In this document: piece after piece, positions 1 to 10,679 of the stretch
Position numbering within the stretch: position 1 is the first letter of the stretch
Layout of the letters: every line of letters begins with the position of its first letter
NCBI RefSeq assembly: GCF_000039765.1
Contig: NC_004459.3
Coordinates: 720,001-752,000 of the forward strand
From: Vibrio vulnificus CMCP6
GTDB lineage: Bacteria; Pseudomonadota; Gammaproteobacteria; Enterobacterales; Vibrionaceae
DNA: 32,000 nt
Direction of reading: 5' to 3'
Program-made: the position numbers and the translations under genes
Notes under the pieces: model-generated
The model's input: the letters and a program-made list of their open reading frames with translations, nothing else
Databases searched by the model: none
What the model was told of the DNA's origin: nothing

Positions 1-674
1 GCTTGGTAGATAGCCAGCTCGATGGTGGTCGATTTTGGGCCGCCACCGAGGGCCATGACCGTGGCAAAGCTGGTGAAGCAAAGCATGAACACCAAGCCAC
101 ACACATGTGGCAGTTGCTGGCGCAATCGCGGCCATTCGACCCAACGAAACTTCTGCCAGCTGTTCATACCAAGATGAGCCGCCAATTTGTGCTGCTCTGC
201 CGGAATCGACTCTAAGGTTTGCAGCAGCAATCGCGCTGCATACGGCAAATTGAAAAACACGTGCGCGAGCAAAATGCCGCTCAATCCGTAGATCGAAAAG
301 GGCAATTTGGCGTCAAAGCTCGCCAATACACTTGCCAACCAACCACTGTTCCCATAAATGGCCAACAAGCCAAACACGCCTACCAATACTGGCAGCACTA
401 AAGTTGACGCAAACAATTTGAGCAATAGCGAGCGGCCAACAAAAAGTCGCCGAGACAAGGCGTGTGCGACAGGAAGCGCCAAACCGACACTCAGCAGCAT
501 CGACAGCGTCGCTTGAAGAAAACTAAATTGCGTAACATGCCGGTAATAAGGATCTTGCCATACCGCCGTGAGATTCAGCGTCGGCGTCGCCAACAAGAGC
601 GCCGAGAGAGCAGAAACAACAAAGGTCGCGATGATCATCGCGACCCCAATGCCCAATTTAGGAACCGAATTCAA
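1..674 (-). CDS. thiP: Thiamine/thiamine pyrophosphate ABC transporter permease ThiP, 3' part beyond window edge
   Basis: Minus-strand frame open from a TTG at 674..672, translating LNSVPKLGIGVAMIIATFVVSALSALLLATPTLNLTAVWQDPYYRHVTQFSFLQATLSMLLSVGLALPVAHALSRR...; directly downstream of the thiB stop, with AAGG upstream of the TTG. Partial, so absent from the ORF track. Confidence 0.85.
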   Translation of the reverse strand, partial: MNSVPKLGIGVAMIIATFVVSALSALLLATPTLNLTAVWQDPYYRHVTQFSFLQATLSMLLSVGLALPVAHALSRRLFVGRSLLLKLFASTLVLPVLVGVFGLLAIYGNSGWLASVLASFDAKLPFSIYGLSGILLAHVFFNLPYAARLLLQTLESIPAEQHKLAAHLGMNSWQKFRWVEWPRLRQQLPHVCGLVFMLCFTSFATVMALGGGPKSTTIELAIYQ

Positions 675-683
675 TGCGACGCC

Positions 684-1712
684 TTAAAACGTCAACGCGC
701 TTTGCCATTCGCGAATCCAAGCTTTACGCTGCTTCGCTACCTCTTCCGCACTGAAACTCAACGCCTTCTCAGGCACGGTTAAACTGCGGTAGCCCTCTGG
801 CAGCGTCACGTTGGTCACTGGGTACATCCAGTTGCCCGTAGGCATTGCGCTTTGGAACTCATCACTCAAAATGAAACTCATAAACTGATCAGCCAGCGCT
901 GAGTTCTGGCTACTTTTCACTTTTGCGGCGACTTCCACTTGCATGTAGTGTCCTTCACTAAAACCCGCCGCGGCATATTGCGCATCATTTTCGGCAATCA
1001 GGTGGTACGCAGGTGAGGTGGTGTAAGAGAGCACCATGTCCGATTCGCCTTTGAGGAACATCGAGTACGCTTCCGACCAACCTTTCGTGACCGTCACGGT
1101 TTTCTTCGCCAGTTGCTGCCATGCTCCAGCCACGTCATCGCCATACACTGACTTTATCCACAGCATCAAACCTTGACCGGGTGTTGAAGTGCGAGGGTCT
1201 TGGTAGATGACTTTCAGATCGTCGCGTGATTCCACCAGCTCTTTTAAGCTCTTGGGTGGATTCGCCAGTTTGCCTTTGTTGTAAACAAACGCAAAGTAAC
1301 CGTAGTCATAAGGAATAAACGTGTCGTCAGCCCAACCATTTGGCAATGACAGCGCTTGGGTGTTCACTTGATGTGGCGCCAGCAAACCTGTGGCTTTAGC
1401 TTCTGCCATCAAATTGTTATCCAAACCTAAAACAATATCCGCTTTGGTATTGCTGCCTTCTAAACGTAAGCGGTTGAGAATTGACACCCCATCGTCCAGC
1501 GCGACAAAATTCACATCGCAGCCGCACTGAGCTTCAAATGCTTTTTCGACTGTCGGGCCAGGGCCCCAATCGGAAGCAAAAGAATCGTAGGTATAAATGG
1601 TTAAGGTTTTGTCCGCCGCAAGTGCAGAAGAAGAGATGCCCATCATTGACGTGATTGACGCTAGGGCTATCAGGTTTAGAGTGTGTTTCACTGCTCGCTC
1701 TCCATTTGGCAT
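684..1712 (-). CDS. thiB: Thiamine ABC transporter substrate-binding protein ThiB
   Basis: 342-aa ORF with signal peptide and thiamine-binding protein motifs (TIYTYDSFASDWGPGPTVEKAFEAQCGCDVNFVALDDGVSILNRLRLEG); behind a TPP riboswitch. Confidence 0.93.
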   Translation of the reverse strand: MPNGERAVKHTLNLIALASITSMMGISSSALAADKTLTIYTYDSFASDWGPGPTVEKAFEAQCGCDVNFVALDDGVSILNRLRLEGSNTKADIVLGLDNNLMAEAKATGLLAPHQVNTQALSLPNGWADDTFIPYDYGYFAFVYNKGKLANPPKSLKELVESRDDLKVIYQDPRTSTPGQGLMLWIKSVYGDDVAGAWQQLAKKTVTVTKGWSEAYSMFLKGESDMVLSYTTSPAYHLIAENDAQYAAAGFSEGHYMQVEVAAKVKSSQNSALADQFMSFILSDEFQSAMPTGNWMYPVTNVTLPEGYRSLTVPEKALSFSAEEVAKQRKAWIREWQSALTF

Positions 1713-1761
1713 GAGTTGAGCGGCACAGGCTTGAGGTAGGTGTTAATCGTCCTTGCTAATT

Positions 1762-1848
1762 AATCCCGACTCAATTCCTACGCCAGCATTATCTGGTTCA
1801 GGTTTACGGGTCCTAGGCCTTTGCCTAGTCTCAGCCACTGCGATGCAA
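1762..1848 (-). promoter_or_regulatory. TPP (THI element) riboswitch upstream of thiBP
   Basis: Reverse complement reads GGCTGAGACTAGGC...GACCCGTAAACCTGAACCAGATAATGCTGGCGTAGGAATTGAG, matching the conserved CUGAGA and ACCUGA...GAUAAUGCCRGCGWAGGGA core of TPP riboswitches. Boundaries approximate. Confidence 0.93.
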
Positions 1849-1912
1849 TAAAACACCACAGTTAAGCGCCCCGATGAGTGGTTCGGATTGTAATCGGAAT
1901 GATCTCTCTTGG

Positions 1913-2557
1913 CTATACAGAGTCACCGTCATTGCGATGATCGTATCCCCAACGTGGCACCAAAACCTGTTCAATGCCGAGATGATCTAAGATACGCGCG
2001 ACCATAAAATCAATCAGATCGTCTATCGACTGCGGTTGATGATAGAAACCGGGCGCGGCGGGCATGATGGTGACCCCGAGCTGAGAAAGCTTGTGCATGT
2101 TTTCAAGATGCAAGGTCGAAAAGGGCGTTTCACGCACCACTAAAATCAATTGGCCACGCTCTTTCATTACCACATCCGCAGCACGCTCAATTAAATTATC
2201 CGACATACCATGAGCAATCGCCGCCACACTCCCTGCCGAGCAAGGGCAAACCACCATCTGCTTAGGGGCAGCCGAGCCAGAAGCCACTGGCGAAAACCAA
2301 TCGTCTTTACCACACACCACCAGCTTGTCGGCAGGACAACCCAGATGCTTCACTAGCGCTTGCTGCGCTGCGTCAGGATTGGCTGGAAGCTTGAGACCAT
2401 GCTCGGTTGCCAATACCACTCTTGCCGCAGAAGAGATCAGCAGGTAGACGCGGTAGTCTGCCGCCAGTAATTGCTGTAATAAACGTAACCCATAAGGCGC
2501 GCCAGAGGCGCCCGTAAAGGCTAACGTGATCGATTTTTCTTGGTTTGTCATGCTCAT
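1913..2557 (-). CDS. ubiX: UbiX flavin prenyltransferase
   Basis: ORF 214 aa: [22 protein letters not shown]..., [68 protein letters not shown]. Confidence 0.93.
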   Translation of the reverse strand: MSMTNQEKSITLAFTGASGAPYGLRLLQQLLAADYRVYLLISSAARVVLATEHGLKLPANPDAAQQALVKHLGCPADKLVVCGKDDWFSPVASGSAAPKQMVVCPCSAGSVAAIAHGMSDNLIERAADVVMKERGQLILVVRETPFSTLHLENMHKLSQLGVTIMPAAPGFYHQPQSIDDLIDFMVARILDHLGIEQVLVPRWGYDHRNDGDSV

Positions 2558-2573
2558 CTAATGTGTGTCTTTT

Positions 2574-3935
2574 CTAGCGCGTTGAACTCTCTAAAGCGGT
2601 CAGTAATTTGCCGTGAATGCCTTCAAAACCGCCATTGCTCATGACCAAAATTTGCGTTCCCGCCTCGGCGCGCTGCGCAATGCTCGCCACAAATTGGTCA
2701 ATATTATCACTGGTGAATGCCGGTTGCTGACATTGCGCCGCAACGTCCTGCACCGACCAAGCAATTGACTCTGGTTGGTAAAGGAACACTTCATCTGCCT
2801 GCTTGAGTGAAGCCGCCAAGGTCTCTTTGTGCACGCCACGTTTCATAGTGGCTGAGCGTGGCTCCAGTACCGCGATGATTTTCTTATCACCCACCTTATT
2901 ACGTAAACCTGCGAGAGTCAGTTCAATCGCAGTTGGGTGATGGGCAAAATCGTCATACACCGCCACGCCATTGATTTCCCCTTTCAGCTCTAGGCGACGC
3001 CTGGTATTAATAAAGCGCCCTAGTGCCTCACAAGCCAGATCTGGCGTCACACCCACATGGCGCGCTGCTGCGATCGCCATCAACGCATTATCGACATTAT
3101 GATCACCGACTAAGTCCCATTGCACCGTGCCTACTTGCTCACCCTGTAGCCACACTTCAAAGTGTGAACCATCTTTGCTGAGTTTGACCGCTTGCCACTC
3201 GCCGTCCTGACCAGAAAACTCCTGGTCACTCCAGCAGCCACGTGACAACACATCCGCTAATGCGCCGTCTTGCTTGGGCGCTAAAATACGGCCATTACCG
3301 GGAACAGTACGCACTAAGTGGTGGAATTGTCGCTTGATCGCTTCAAGATCATCAAAGATGTCAGCATGATCAAACTCTAGGTTATTCATGATCAAGGTGC
3401 GAGGATGGTAATGCACAAACTTAGATCGCTTGTCGAAAAAAGCACTGTCATATTCGTCGGCTTCGACGACAAAAAACATGCTTTCGCCTAAACGCGCGGA
3501 GACACCGAAGTTACCAAGCACGCCACCAACAAGAAATCCCGGCTGGTAACCACAATCTTCCAAAATCCACGCCAGCATGCTCGAGGTAGTGGTTTTACCG
3601 TGTGTGCCCGATACCGCCAATACCCAGCGGTCATGCAACAAAAACTCCTGCAGCCACTGCGGCCCAGAGGTGTAACGCAGGTTGTGATTCAACACATATT
3701 CAACACAAGGGTTACCCCGGCTCATGGCATTACCAATCACCACCAAGTCTGGCGCAGGATTGAGTTGCGAAGGGTCAAAGCCTTCAATAATTTCAATACC
3801 TTGAGACTCGAGCAAGGTGCTCATTGGTGGGTAAACATTGGCGTCAGAGCCAGTCACTTTGTGGCCCAACTGTCGCGCTAAAATCGCAGCACCACCCATG
3901 AAAGTGCCACAAATTCCCAAGATATGAATATGCAT
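2574..3935 (-). CDS. mpl: UDP-N-acetylmuramate:L-alanyl-gamma-D-glutamyl-meso-diaminopimelate ligase
   Basis: MHIHILGICGTFMGGAAILARQLGHKVTGSDANVYPPMST..., VSGTHGKTTTSSMLAWIL; Mur ligase family. The ORF track start at 4028 is probably too early; MHIHILG at 3935 is the likely start. Confidence 0.92.
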   Translation of the reverse strand: MHIHILGICGTFMGGAAILARQLGHKVTGSDANVYPPMSTLLESQGIEIIEGFDPSQLNPAPDLVVIGNAMSRGNPCVEYVLNHNLRYTSGPQWLQEFLLHDRWVLAVSGTHGKTTTSSMLAWILEDCGYQPGFLVGGVLGNFGVSARLGESMFFVVEADEYDSAFFDKRSKFVHYHPRTLIMNNLEFDHADIFDDLEAIKRQFHHLVRTVPGNGRILAPKQDGALADVLSRGCWSDQEFSGQDGEWQAVKLSKDGSHFEVWLQGEQVGTVQWDLVGDHNVDNALMAIAAARHVGVTPDLACEALGRFINTRRRLELKGEINGVAVYDDFAHHPTAIELTLAGLRNKVGDKKIIAVLEPRSATMKRGVHKETLAASLKQADEVFLYQPESIAWSVQDVAAQCQQPAFTSDNIDQFVASIAQRAEAGTQILVMSNGGFEGIHGKLLTALESSTR

Positions 3936-4267
3936 AAATTGAATCCTGCCATCAGACTGTTTTTTCTCGTTCTCATTATCATGATAACCGTTAGAAAAGC
4001 GAGCAGCATTGTTGGCCTTGTGCCACATGCCGCTCAGTTTTTACCGTTGGGTTGAAGCAAATGCTGTTTTTTCAGTCACTTTTTATCGAACTCTTCCGTG
4101 TAATCAACCGGTTTCATTCGACATACAAATTGAGATCTGCGTCGGTTACTTCATTACCATTAATAAGATCTAAACCTTACACTTATTGGGAGCGCAAACG
4201 ATAACCTTCGTCACATCCATCAAGAGATGCCGCTCACACTCCCCCAACATTATTCAGCGAAGTTTAA

Positions 4268-5293
<1,026 letters not shown>

Positions 5294-5303
5294 AGAATGA
5301 AAC

Positions 5304-5331
5304 AAAGCGCCTGCAACAGCAGGCGCTTTTT
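5304..5331 (+). terminator. Rho-independent terminator after fbp
   Basis: aaagcgcctgc-aaca-gcaggcgctttttg: 11-bp stem followed by Ts. Confidence 0.85.
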
Positions 5332-5432
5332 GTTAGCCACTTTGGAAAGCCCAACGCACTCGGTTTACAGCTCAGCCTGTTTGCGGCTAAATTATCACCG
5401 TTCAGCCCAAAACAAAGAAAAGGAAATCACTC

Positions 5433-5963
5433 ATGAGTTTAAATAATGTCCCAGCGGGCAAATCACTGCCTGATGATCTGTATGTCGTCATCGAGATCCC
5501 AGCCAACGCGGATCCGATCAAATACGAAGTGGACAAAGAGTCTGGCGCGGTGTTCGTTGATCGCTTTATGTCAGCGCCGATGTTCTACCCATGCAACTAC
5601 GGCTACGTTAACCATACCCTTTCACTGGATGGCGACCCTGTCGATGTATTGGTCCCAACCCCTTACCCTTTAATGCCTGGTTCAGTGATCCGTTGCCGCC
5701 CGGTCGGTGTGCTTAAAATGACCGATGAATCCGGCGAAGATGCCAAAGTCGTCGCAGTACCACATTCTAAGTTGTCCAAAGAGTACGATCACATCCAAGA
5801 CGTTAACGATCTACCTGAGTTGCTCAAAGCGCAAATCACCCATTTCTTTGAACGCTATAAAGAGCTTGAATCAGGTAAGTGGGTCAAAGTGGATGGCTGG
5901 GAAGACGTGGAAGCGGCGCGTAAAGAGATCTTAGATTCTTACCAACGTGCACAGAACAAATAA
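5433..5963 (+). CDS. ppa: Inorganic pyrophosphatase
   Basis: 176-aa ORF; [63 protein letters not shown]. Confidence 0.97.
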   Translation: MSLNNVPAGKSLPDDLYVVIEIPANADPIKYEVDKESGAVFVDRFMSAPMFYPCNYGYVNHTLSLDGDPVDVLVPTPYPLMPGSVIRCRPVGVLKMTDESGEDAKVVAVPHSKLSKEYDHIQDVNDLPELLKAQITHFFERYKELESGKWVKVDGWEDVEAARKEILDSYQRAQNK

Positions 5964-5982
5964 TCCTTGCCCATTGAAAGAC

Positions 5983-6012
5983 AAAAGAGCTGTGTGAACA
6001 CAGCTCTTTTTG
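5983..6012 (+). terminator. Rho-independent terminator after ppa
   Basis: aaaagagctgtg-tgaa-cacagctcttttt: 12-bp stem and T tract. Confidence 0.85.
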
Positions 6013-6052
6013 ATCCTGACAAGCACTTCGGTTCTTAGCATCTCTTTCGCCT

Positions 6053-6412
6053 TTACAAACCACCAGCGGTCGACATCTGTCCGGAGATATAATCCTGTTT
6101 GAAGAACGGGTCAACATCATCACAAATGCCATAGTAAGGCTTGCCAATCACCCCCAACATATAGGCATTCTGTTGGCAGTACTGCTGCTTACCCTCTTGG
6201 TAGCCCGCTTGGTATGAGGCCAGCAAATTGGCCGAGAGGTTTCGCGGTTCCGCCAATTTGAGTAAACGTGCTTCGCTTAAAGCTATCTTACCTTCTAAAG
6301 CGCTTTCAACGCCAAAGGTGTGCCAATCTAAAGCTTGCTCCGATTGCGGTAACGGAGTCTGCACGCAGCCAACCAGCAACAGCAGCGGGAACGTCAATAC
6401 GAGAGCTTTCAT
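6053..6412 (-). CDS. DUF2799-type small lipoprotein
   Basis: 119-aa ORF with lipobox-like LLLLVGC and YQAGYQEGKQQYCQQNAYMLGVIGKPYYGICDDVDPFFKQDYISG. Confidence 0.75.
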   Translation of the reverse strand: MKALVLTFPLLLLVGCVQTPLPQSEQALDWHTFGVESALEGKIALSEARLLKLAEPRNLSANLLASYQAGYQEGKQQYCQQNAYMLGVIGKPYYGICDDVDPFFKQDYISGQMSTAGGL

Positions 6413-6512
6413 GCTCGGTCTCCTTTGTTGAGATAGGTCCTCAAGGCTCTATCGTTTCCTCACCCACAACAACAGAACCTATCACAGTATACGACCTTCG
6501 AGACTCAATCGC

Positions 6513-6860
6513 TCAAATGCGTTGGCACCAATCTCCTGAGGCAATTTCCTCCACCAACTTACTGCTGTCTTGATAGAGATAAATCCACGCTTGACCAAAT
6601 GGGGTCGCGATGGTTTCACGGCGGTATTCCACTGGCACATCTTCCAACTTATCCAGCGCTTGCAGTGTTGCGTCGTCAATCAGATACACTTCCCCACTGA
6701 CGGCGCGATTGCCTTCGCCAACCGCTGGGTAATCACCGAGATCGTACAGGCGATATTCTTGCCCACTCTGGCAACCCCCCAGAAACTCACTGTGTTGCAA
6801 ATAGTGGTGATTGGATTCACCTTTTCTCAACGTGCCATAGACAAACACTAAATGTTGCAT
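6513..6860 (-). CDS. ytfP: Gamma-glutamylcyclotransferase-like protein, YtfP family
   Basis: HLVFVYGTLRKGESNHHYL...GEVYLIDDATLQALDKLEDVPVEYRRE; positioned between ppa and tamB as in E. coli. Start likely at 6860 rather than 6887. Confidence 0.85.
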   Translation of the reverse strand: MQHLVFVYGTLRKGESNHHYLQHSEFLGGCQSGQEYRLYDLGDYPAVGEGNRAVSGEVYLIDDATLQALDKLEDVPVEYRRETIATPFGQAWIYLYQDSSKLVEEIASGDWCQRI

Positions 6861-6923
6861 AACCACTCCTTGTCGCCAACTGACCATTTCGCCTAAGTGC
6901 AGTGAATAGCATGTGGCGAGATT

Positions 6924-9900
6924 TTAATCAAACTCAAACTGATAAAGCAGATCAACGGCGCTTTCAACCCCTGAAACCCCTTCTAGATAGAGATCTTTCA
7001 TCAGACGATAGCGCACGGTGAACTCACCAAGCGGTTTGAAAATACCCACCCCATACTTCACTTGCAGCCCTGGCATTATGTAGCCACTGACCGTGACTTG
7101 TGAATCTTCCCCGGAACCTGCGGTATCCAACTGCAGATCTTGCACGCCAAACGCCTGACCAATTTCACCGACGACTTTGCCGCTTTTGGCCAGACTCAAT
7201 CCGATTAAAGCCGTGGTCATGGCGTTGCCGCCTCCCGATTCACCATCAATGTCTTGCCCGCGCAATAAGTAAGAAAGCGCATTGGCCTGCGGCATGGCAG
7301 GTTCGGAGAAAATCGTAATACTTGGCTCGGTGGCAGGGCCAGTCACTTTCACCCCCGCGATGACATCATCTTGGGTATTTTCTGGGTTGCGAATTGCTTT
7401 GATCGCCACATATGGCTGATCGGCAGGCCCGTTCATCAACACTTTGCCTTCTTTGATCAAGAGGTCTTGACCAAAGGATCGATAGGTCCCGTCAACGATG
7501 TTGACTTCACCAAGGATAAACGGCCCTTTGTCTTTCTGCGTGACATTCAACTGGCCTTTTAAGCCCCCTTCAAGGCCAAATGCCGCCAGTTTGAAATCGT
7601 CACCAATCGAAATGTTAATGTCGGTTTCAACGTTAAATGGCATCGAGGAAGACTTATCGATTGGCTCAAGTTGGTCGTTGAGCAGCACCTGATCTTTCGA
7701 CACACTCACCGCGCTTGGTGGCAGTTCTTCGACAACAATACGCCCCCAAGGCAGAGCCAAACTGCCCGTCACTTTGGCCAGTGTCGGATTAACTTCAATC
7801 GTCATATCCGGCACCAACTTAATTTTCACCATCGGCGGCATGTCGACTTTGAGGGAATCGGCAAAAACCCGCACCTTACTGTGCCAGTTATCCAATTGCT
7901 GCCAATTCGCCTCACCACTGACGTTGAGCTCTCCATCAGGGGTCACAATGTTGGCCGCCAAATCGGCGTCATAACCGCGAAAATCGATCGCCAGTTTGCC
8001 CTGTTTCACGTCGATTGGGCTGATATCACCGTTCACTTGGATATCGTCTACTAAGAACTGGCCCTTGACTTGAGGGTGATAAGCCGAACCCGACACCGAC
8101 AGATCGGTTGAAATCAGCGCTTTCAGCGCGCTGTATTCCCCAACCAAAGGCGCCAAGAAATCCAAATTGAACTGGCTCAGTGCCAACTTGGCCTTCAGTT
8201 GTGGATCGCTGGCTTGCACATCGGCCACTTGCAGTTGCCCCGTTAAATCACCATTGTCACTCACATTGATCTGCCAATCCGCGTTCAATTGGTCTTGATG
8301 CAGTTGCGCATTGAGATTGATGTCGTCCCAACCGAGCGTTACGACTTGTTCAATTTTCTGTTGCACCTGACCTGTGGGTAAATGCAGCGACACTTTGGCC
8401 TGTGGCGAACTCTCTGGTGCCCATTTTGCCCACACTGTTGCATCGACACTGCCATCGAGCTTCGTTTCCGGCGGTAAAAACATCGCAATCTGAGCGAAAT
8501 CGAATTGGTTTAATGCCAGCTCGGCTTCGCCTTTTTCACCGACGCGAATGTCTTTCGTTAGGCAAAGCGTTGAACCTTGTTGCTGCCAGCAATGTGCTGC
8601 GACATCGACCTGTTGCTGATCAATATTGGCTTTAATCGCCGTCGCTTGTTGTAAGGTCCACGTCCCTTGCTGAGTGGTGGCAAACATGCGCTCCAACTCC
8701 CCAGACCAAACCATCTGTGGTTTTTGCTGTAAGCCACCATGGATAGCCAAGCTGGTGGAGACCAGATCCGAAGAGACGTCCAAACTCAGTTGATGCTGTT
8801 TTTCGCCGCCACTGACCGAGAGCAAAATCGAGTCAATCAACTGCTCTTGATAACGCAGTGCCGCCACCTTCAATGTGACATCCGCTTGTGGCTCCGGCAA
8901 AGGCGTGACTCTGCCTGTGAGCGACAACTGTTCGATGCTCGCTTGCTGCTGCCATTGGATGTTCTGTGCTTGCAGTGCCAGTTGAATGTCTGGCTCTTTC
9001 AACGCACCGCGCAAATCAACTTCACCAGCCACCGAACCAGACAGATCCGGCACGCTCTTCGCCAAATCGGTGAAATGGATGTCGACATCCATCTGCCACT
9101 CTTTTTTCAACTGACCTTTGGCGGTTAAGCCATTCGGACCGTGAGACAAGGTTAAGCGCTCAGTATCAAGGTAGACTTCCCCGTTACCCTCTTCGTCGGA
9201 AGCGTGTAGCGAACCTTCAATGTTAAGTGGATAGCCACGCAGCAAACCATCAATATCCAGTTCTGGCAGCGCCACTTTCCAACCGCCTTTCTCAGTCAAC
9301 GAGCCAGTGGTTGCAAGTTTGCCACTGATGTTGCCTTCCGCTTCAGGCCATTGCAGACCAGGCTGAATATTTTGCAGCTGCAAGCTCGCCTGCCAATTGA
9401 CCAACGATTGCCAGTTGGCCATCACTTGGCCTTTAAGCTCTCCCCCCAGTGTCTCGACATTGAGCTTATCGAGATCAATGTGTTGCAGATCACCGCTGCC
9501 ATGTACATCAAGCGTAATCGCAGGGATCTCTTTACCCTCCAACTGAGATTGCAGCGCCAACTGGTAGCCCTCAAGAGAGCCTTGGGTCATCAGGTTGGTT
9601 GCCTTGATCTGATAGTCACTCTCACCACTCAGTGGCCATTGAGTCTGTAGATCTGAGAGTTTGACATCAAAAGGCAAGCTCACTAATAGTGGCTCAAGTG
9701 TGGCAGACAGCTGTGCGGAAACGGGCCCAGATAAGGTACTCTGCAACTGCAAATGCGCCACGCTTTGCGAGGCATTCAGCGTAATATTCTGTCCTTTCAG
9801 GTCGGTTTCTTTCAGTTTCGCTTTGAGATCCAATGAAAGTGGGTACTCACCTTTCAATTCAACCTGCGCATTCGCTTGGGCCGACACTTGCGGCATGTCG

Positions 9901-10679
9901 AGCTCCAACGTCTCCACGTCAACACGGTTTTTGCCCGCCTTCGCTTCTAAGGCTAAATGATTGACTATCAATGGCGTTTCTTGATGCAAGGTAAAACGGT
10001 TGACATCAAAACGCTGCAACACAATTTGTAGCGGGATCCATACTTCTGGCAGTTCAATATCTTGTCGTGGCGCGTCATTTGGCGCCGCCGATTGAGCTTG
10101 CGGCTCGCTGGGTGCCAGCGTGACATCAATGTCGCTAAAGCGAGTTGGCGCGATGACCAGACGATCCCCTTGCATGGAGAGGGCGCTACTCAATTCTCCC
10201 CAAGAGATTTGGTTGCCCAGCACATCCAGTTGAATGTTGGTCAATGCCAATCGATGCAAAAAGACGGGCACGGGTGTGCTGATACTTTTCAGCGGTTCGC
10301 TGGGTTCTTCGACGCTCTCTGAGCTGGGAGGTAACTGTGGCAGAGAGAGCGCCAAGCCATCAATACTGATTTCATTGATGCAAACTTTGGGCTCCAACAA
10401 ACACTGAAAATTCATCGCTAAAGTCAGTTCATCCACAGACGAAGCGATGTTGAGTTCGGCATCATTAAAGGTGACTTTTCTCAGCGTGAACTTGGGAAAC
10501 AGCGCGCCTTGTACTTGGCCAACTTGCAACTGCGGCACTACTTTTTCCGCGACCCAAATGGCCGAAGTTAGGCCGGGATGCGTAAAGAGCAGCAGAGCAA
10601 TCAAGGTCAGCAGCAAAACCAGCAGCGCCATTACGCCCGCAGAAATCCACTTGCTCCATTTAAACACCACTTTGATCAT
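6924..10679 (-). CDS. tamB: Translocation and assembly module subunit TamB
   Basis: 1251-aa ORF with N-terminal TM segment and TamB-type C-terminus (GQAFGVQDLQLDTAGSGEDSQVTVSGYIMPGLQVKYGVGIFKPLGEFTVRYRLMKDLYLEGVSGVESAVDLLYQFEFD); overlaps the tamA stop by 4 nt. Confidence 0.94.
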   Translation of the reverse strand: MIKVVFKWSKWISAGVMALLVLLLTLIALLLFTHPGLTSAIWVAEKVVPQLQVGQVQGALFPKFTLRKVTFNDAELNIASSVDELTLAMNFQCLLEPKVCINEISIDGLALSLPQLPPSSESVEEPSEPLKSISTPVPVFLHRLALTNIQLDVLGNQISWGELSSALSMQGDRLVIAPTRFSDIDVTLAPSEPQAQSAAPNDAPRQDIELPEVWIPLQIVLQRFDVNRFTLHQETPLIVNHLALEAKAGKNRVDVETLELDMPQVSAQANAQVELKGEYPLSLDLKAKLKETDLKGQNITLNASQSVAHLQLQSTLSGPVSAQLSATLEPLLVSLPFDVKLSDLQTQWPLSGESDYQIKATNLMTQGSLEGYQLALQSQLEGKEIPAITLDVHGSGDLQHIDLDKLNVETLGGELKGQVMANWQSLVNWQASLQLQNIQPGLQWPEAEGNISGKLATTGSLTEKGGWKVALPELDIDGLLRGYPLNIEGSLHASDEEGNGEVYLDTERLTLSHGPNGLTAKGQLKKEWQMDVDIHFTDLAKSVPDLSGSVAGEVDLRGALKEPDIQLALQAQNIQWQQQASIEQLSLTGRVTPLPEPQADVTLKVAALRYQEQLIDSILLSVSGGEKQHQLSLDVSSDLVSTSLAIHGGLQQKPQMVWSGELERMFATTQQGTWTLQQATAIKANIDQQQVDVAAHCWQQQGSTLCLTKDIRVGEKGEAELALNQFDFAQIAMFLPPETKLDGSVDATVWAKWAPESSPQAKVSLHLPTGQVQQKIEQVVTLGWDDINLNAQLHQDQLNADWQINVSDNGDLTGQLQVADVQASDPQLKAKLALSQFNLDFLAPLVGEYSALKALISTDLSVSGSAYHPQVKGQFLVDDIQVNGDISPIDVKQGKLAIDFRGYDADLAANIVTPDGELNVSGEANWQQLDNWHSKVRVFADSLKVDMPPMVKIKLVPDMTIEVNPTLAKVTGSLALPWGRIVVEELPPSAVSVSKDQVLLNDQLEPIDKSSSMPFNVETDINISIGDDFKLAAFGLEGGLKGQLNVTQKDKGPFILGEVNIVDGTYRSFGQDLLIKEGKVLMNGPADQPYVAIKAIRNPENTQDDVIAGVKVTGPATEPSITIFSEPAMPQANALSYLLRGQDIDGESGGGNAMTTALIGLSLAKSGKVVGEIGQAFGVQDLQLDTAGSGEDSQVTVSGYIMPGLQVKYGVGIFKPLGEFTVRYRLMKDLYLEGVSGVESAVDLLYQFEFD

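Noticed and set aside
462-782. 106-aa plus-strand ORF, Arg-rich
   Set aside because: Antisense to thiP and the thiB 3' end; highly biased composition and no family resemblance.
7100-10322. Many plus-strand ORFs (for example 7671..8054, 8739..9128, 9351..9650, 9661..9960)
   Set aside because: All lie antisense to tamB, which is a strong 1251-aa gene; compositions look like shadow ORFs.
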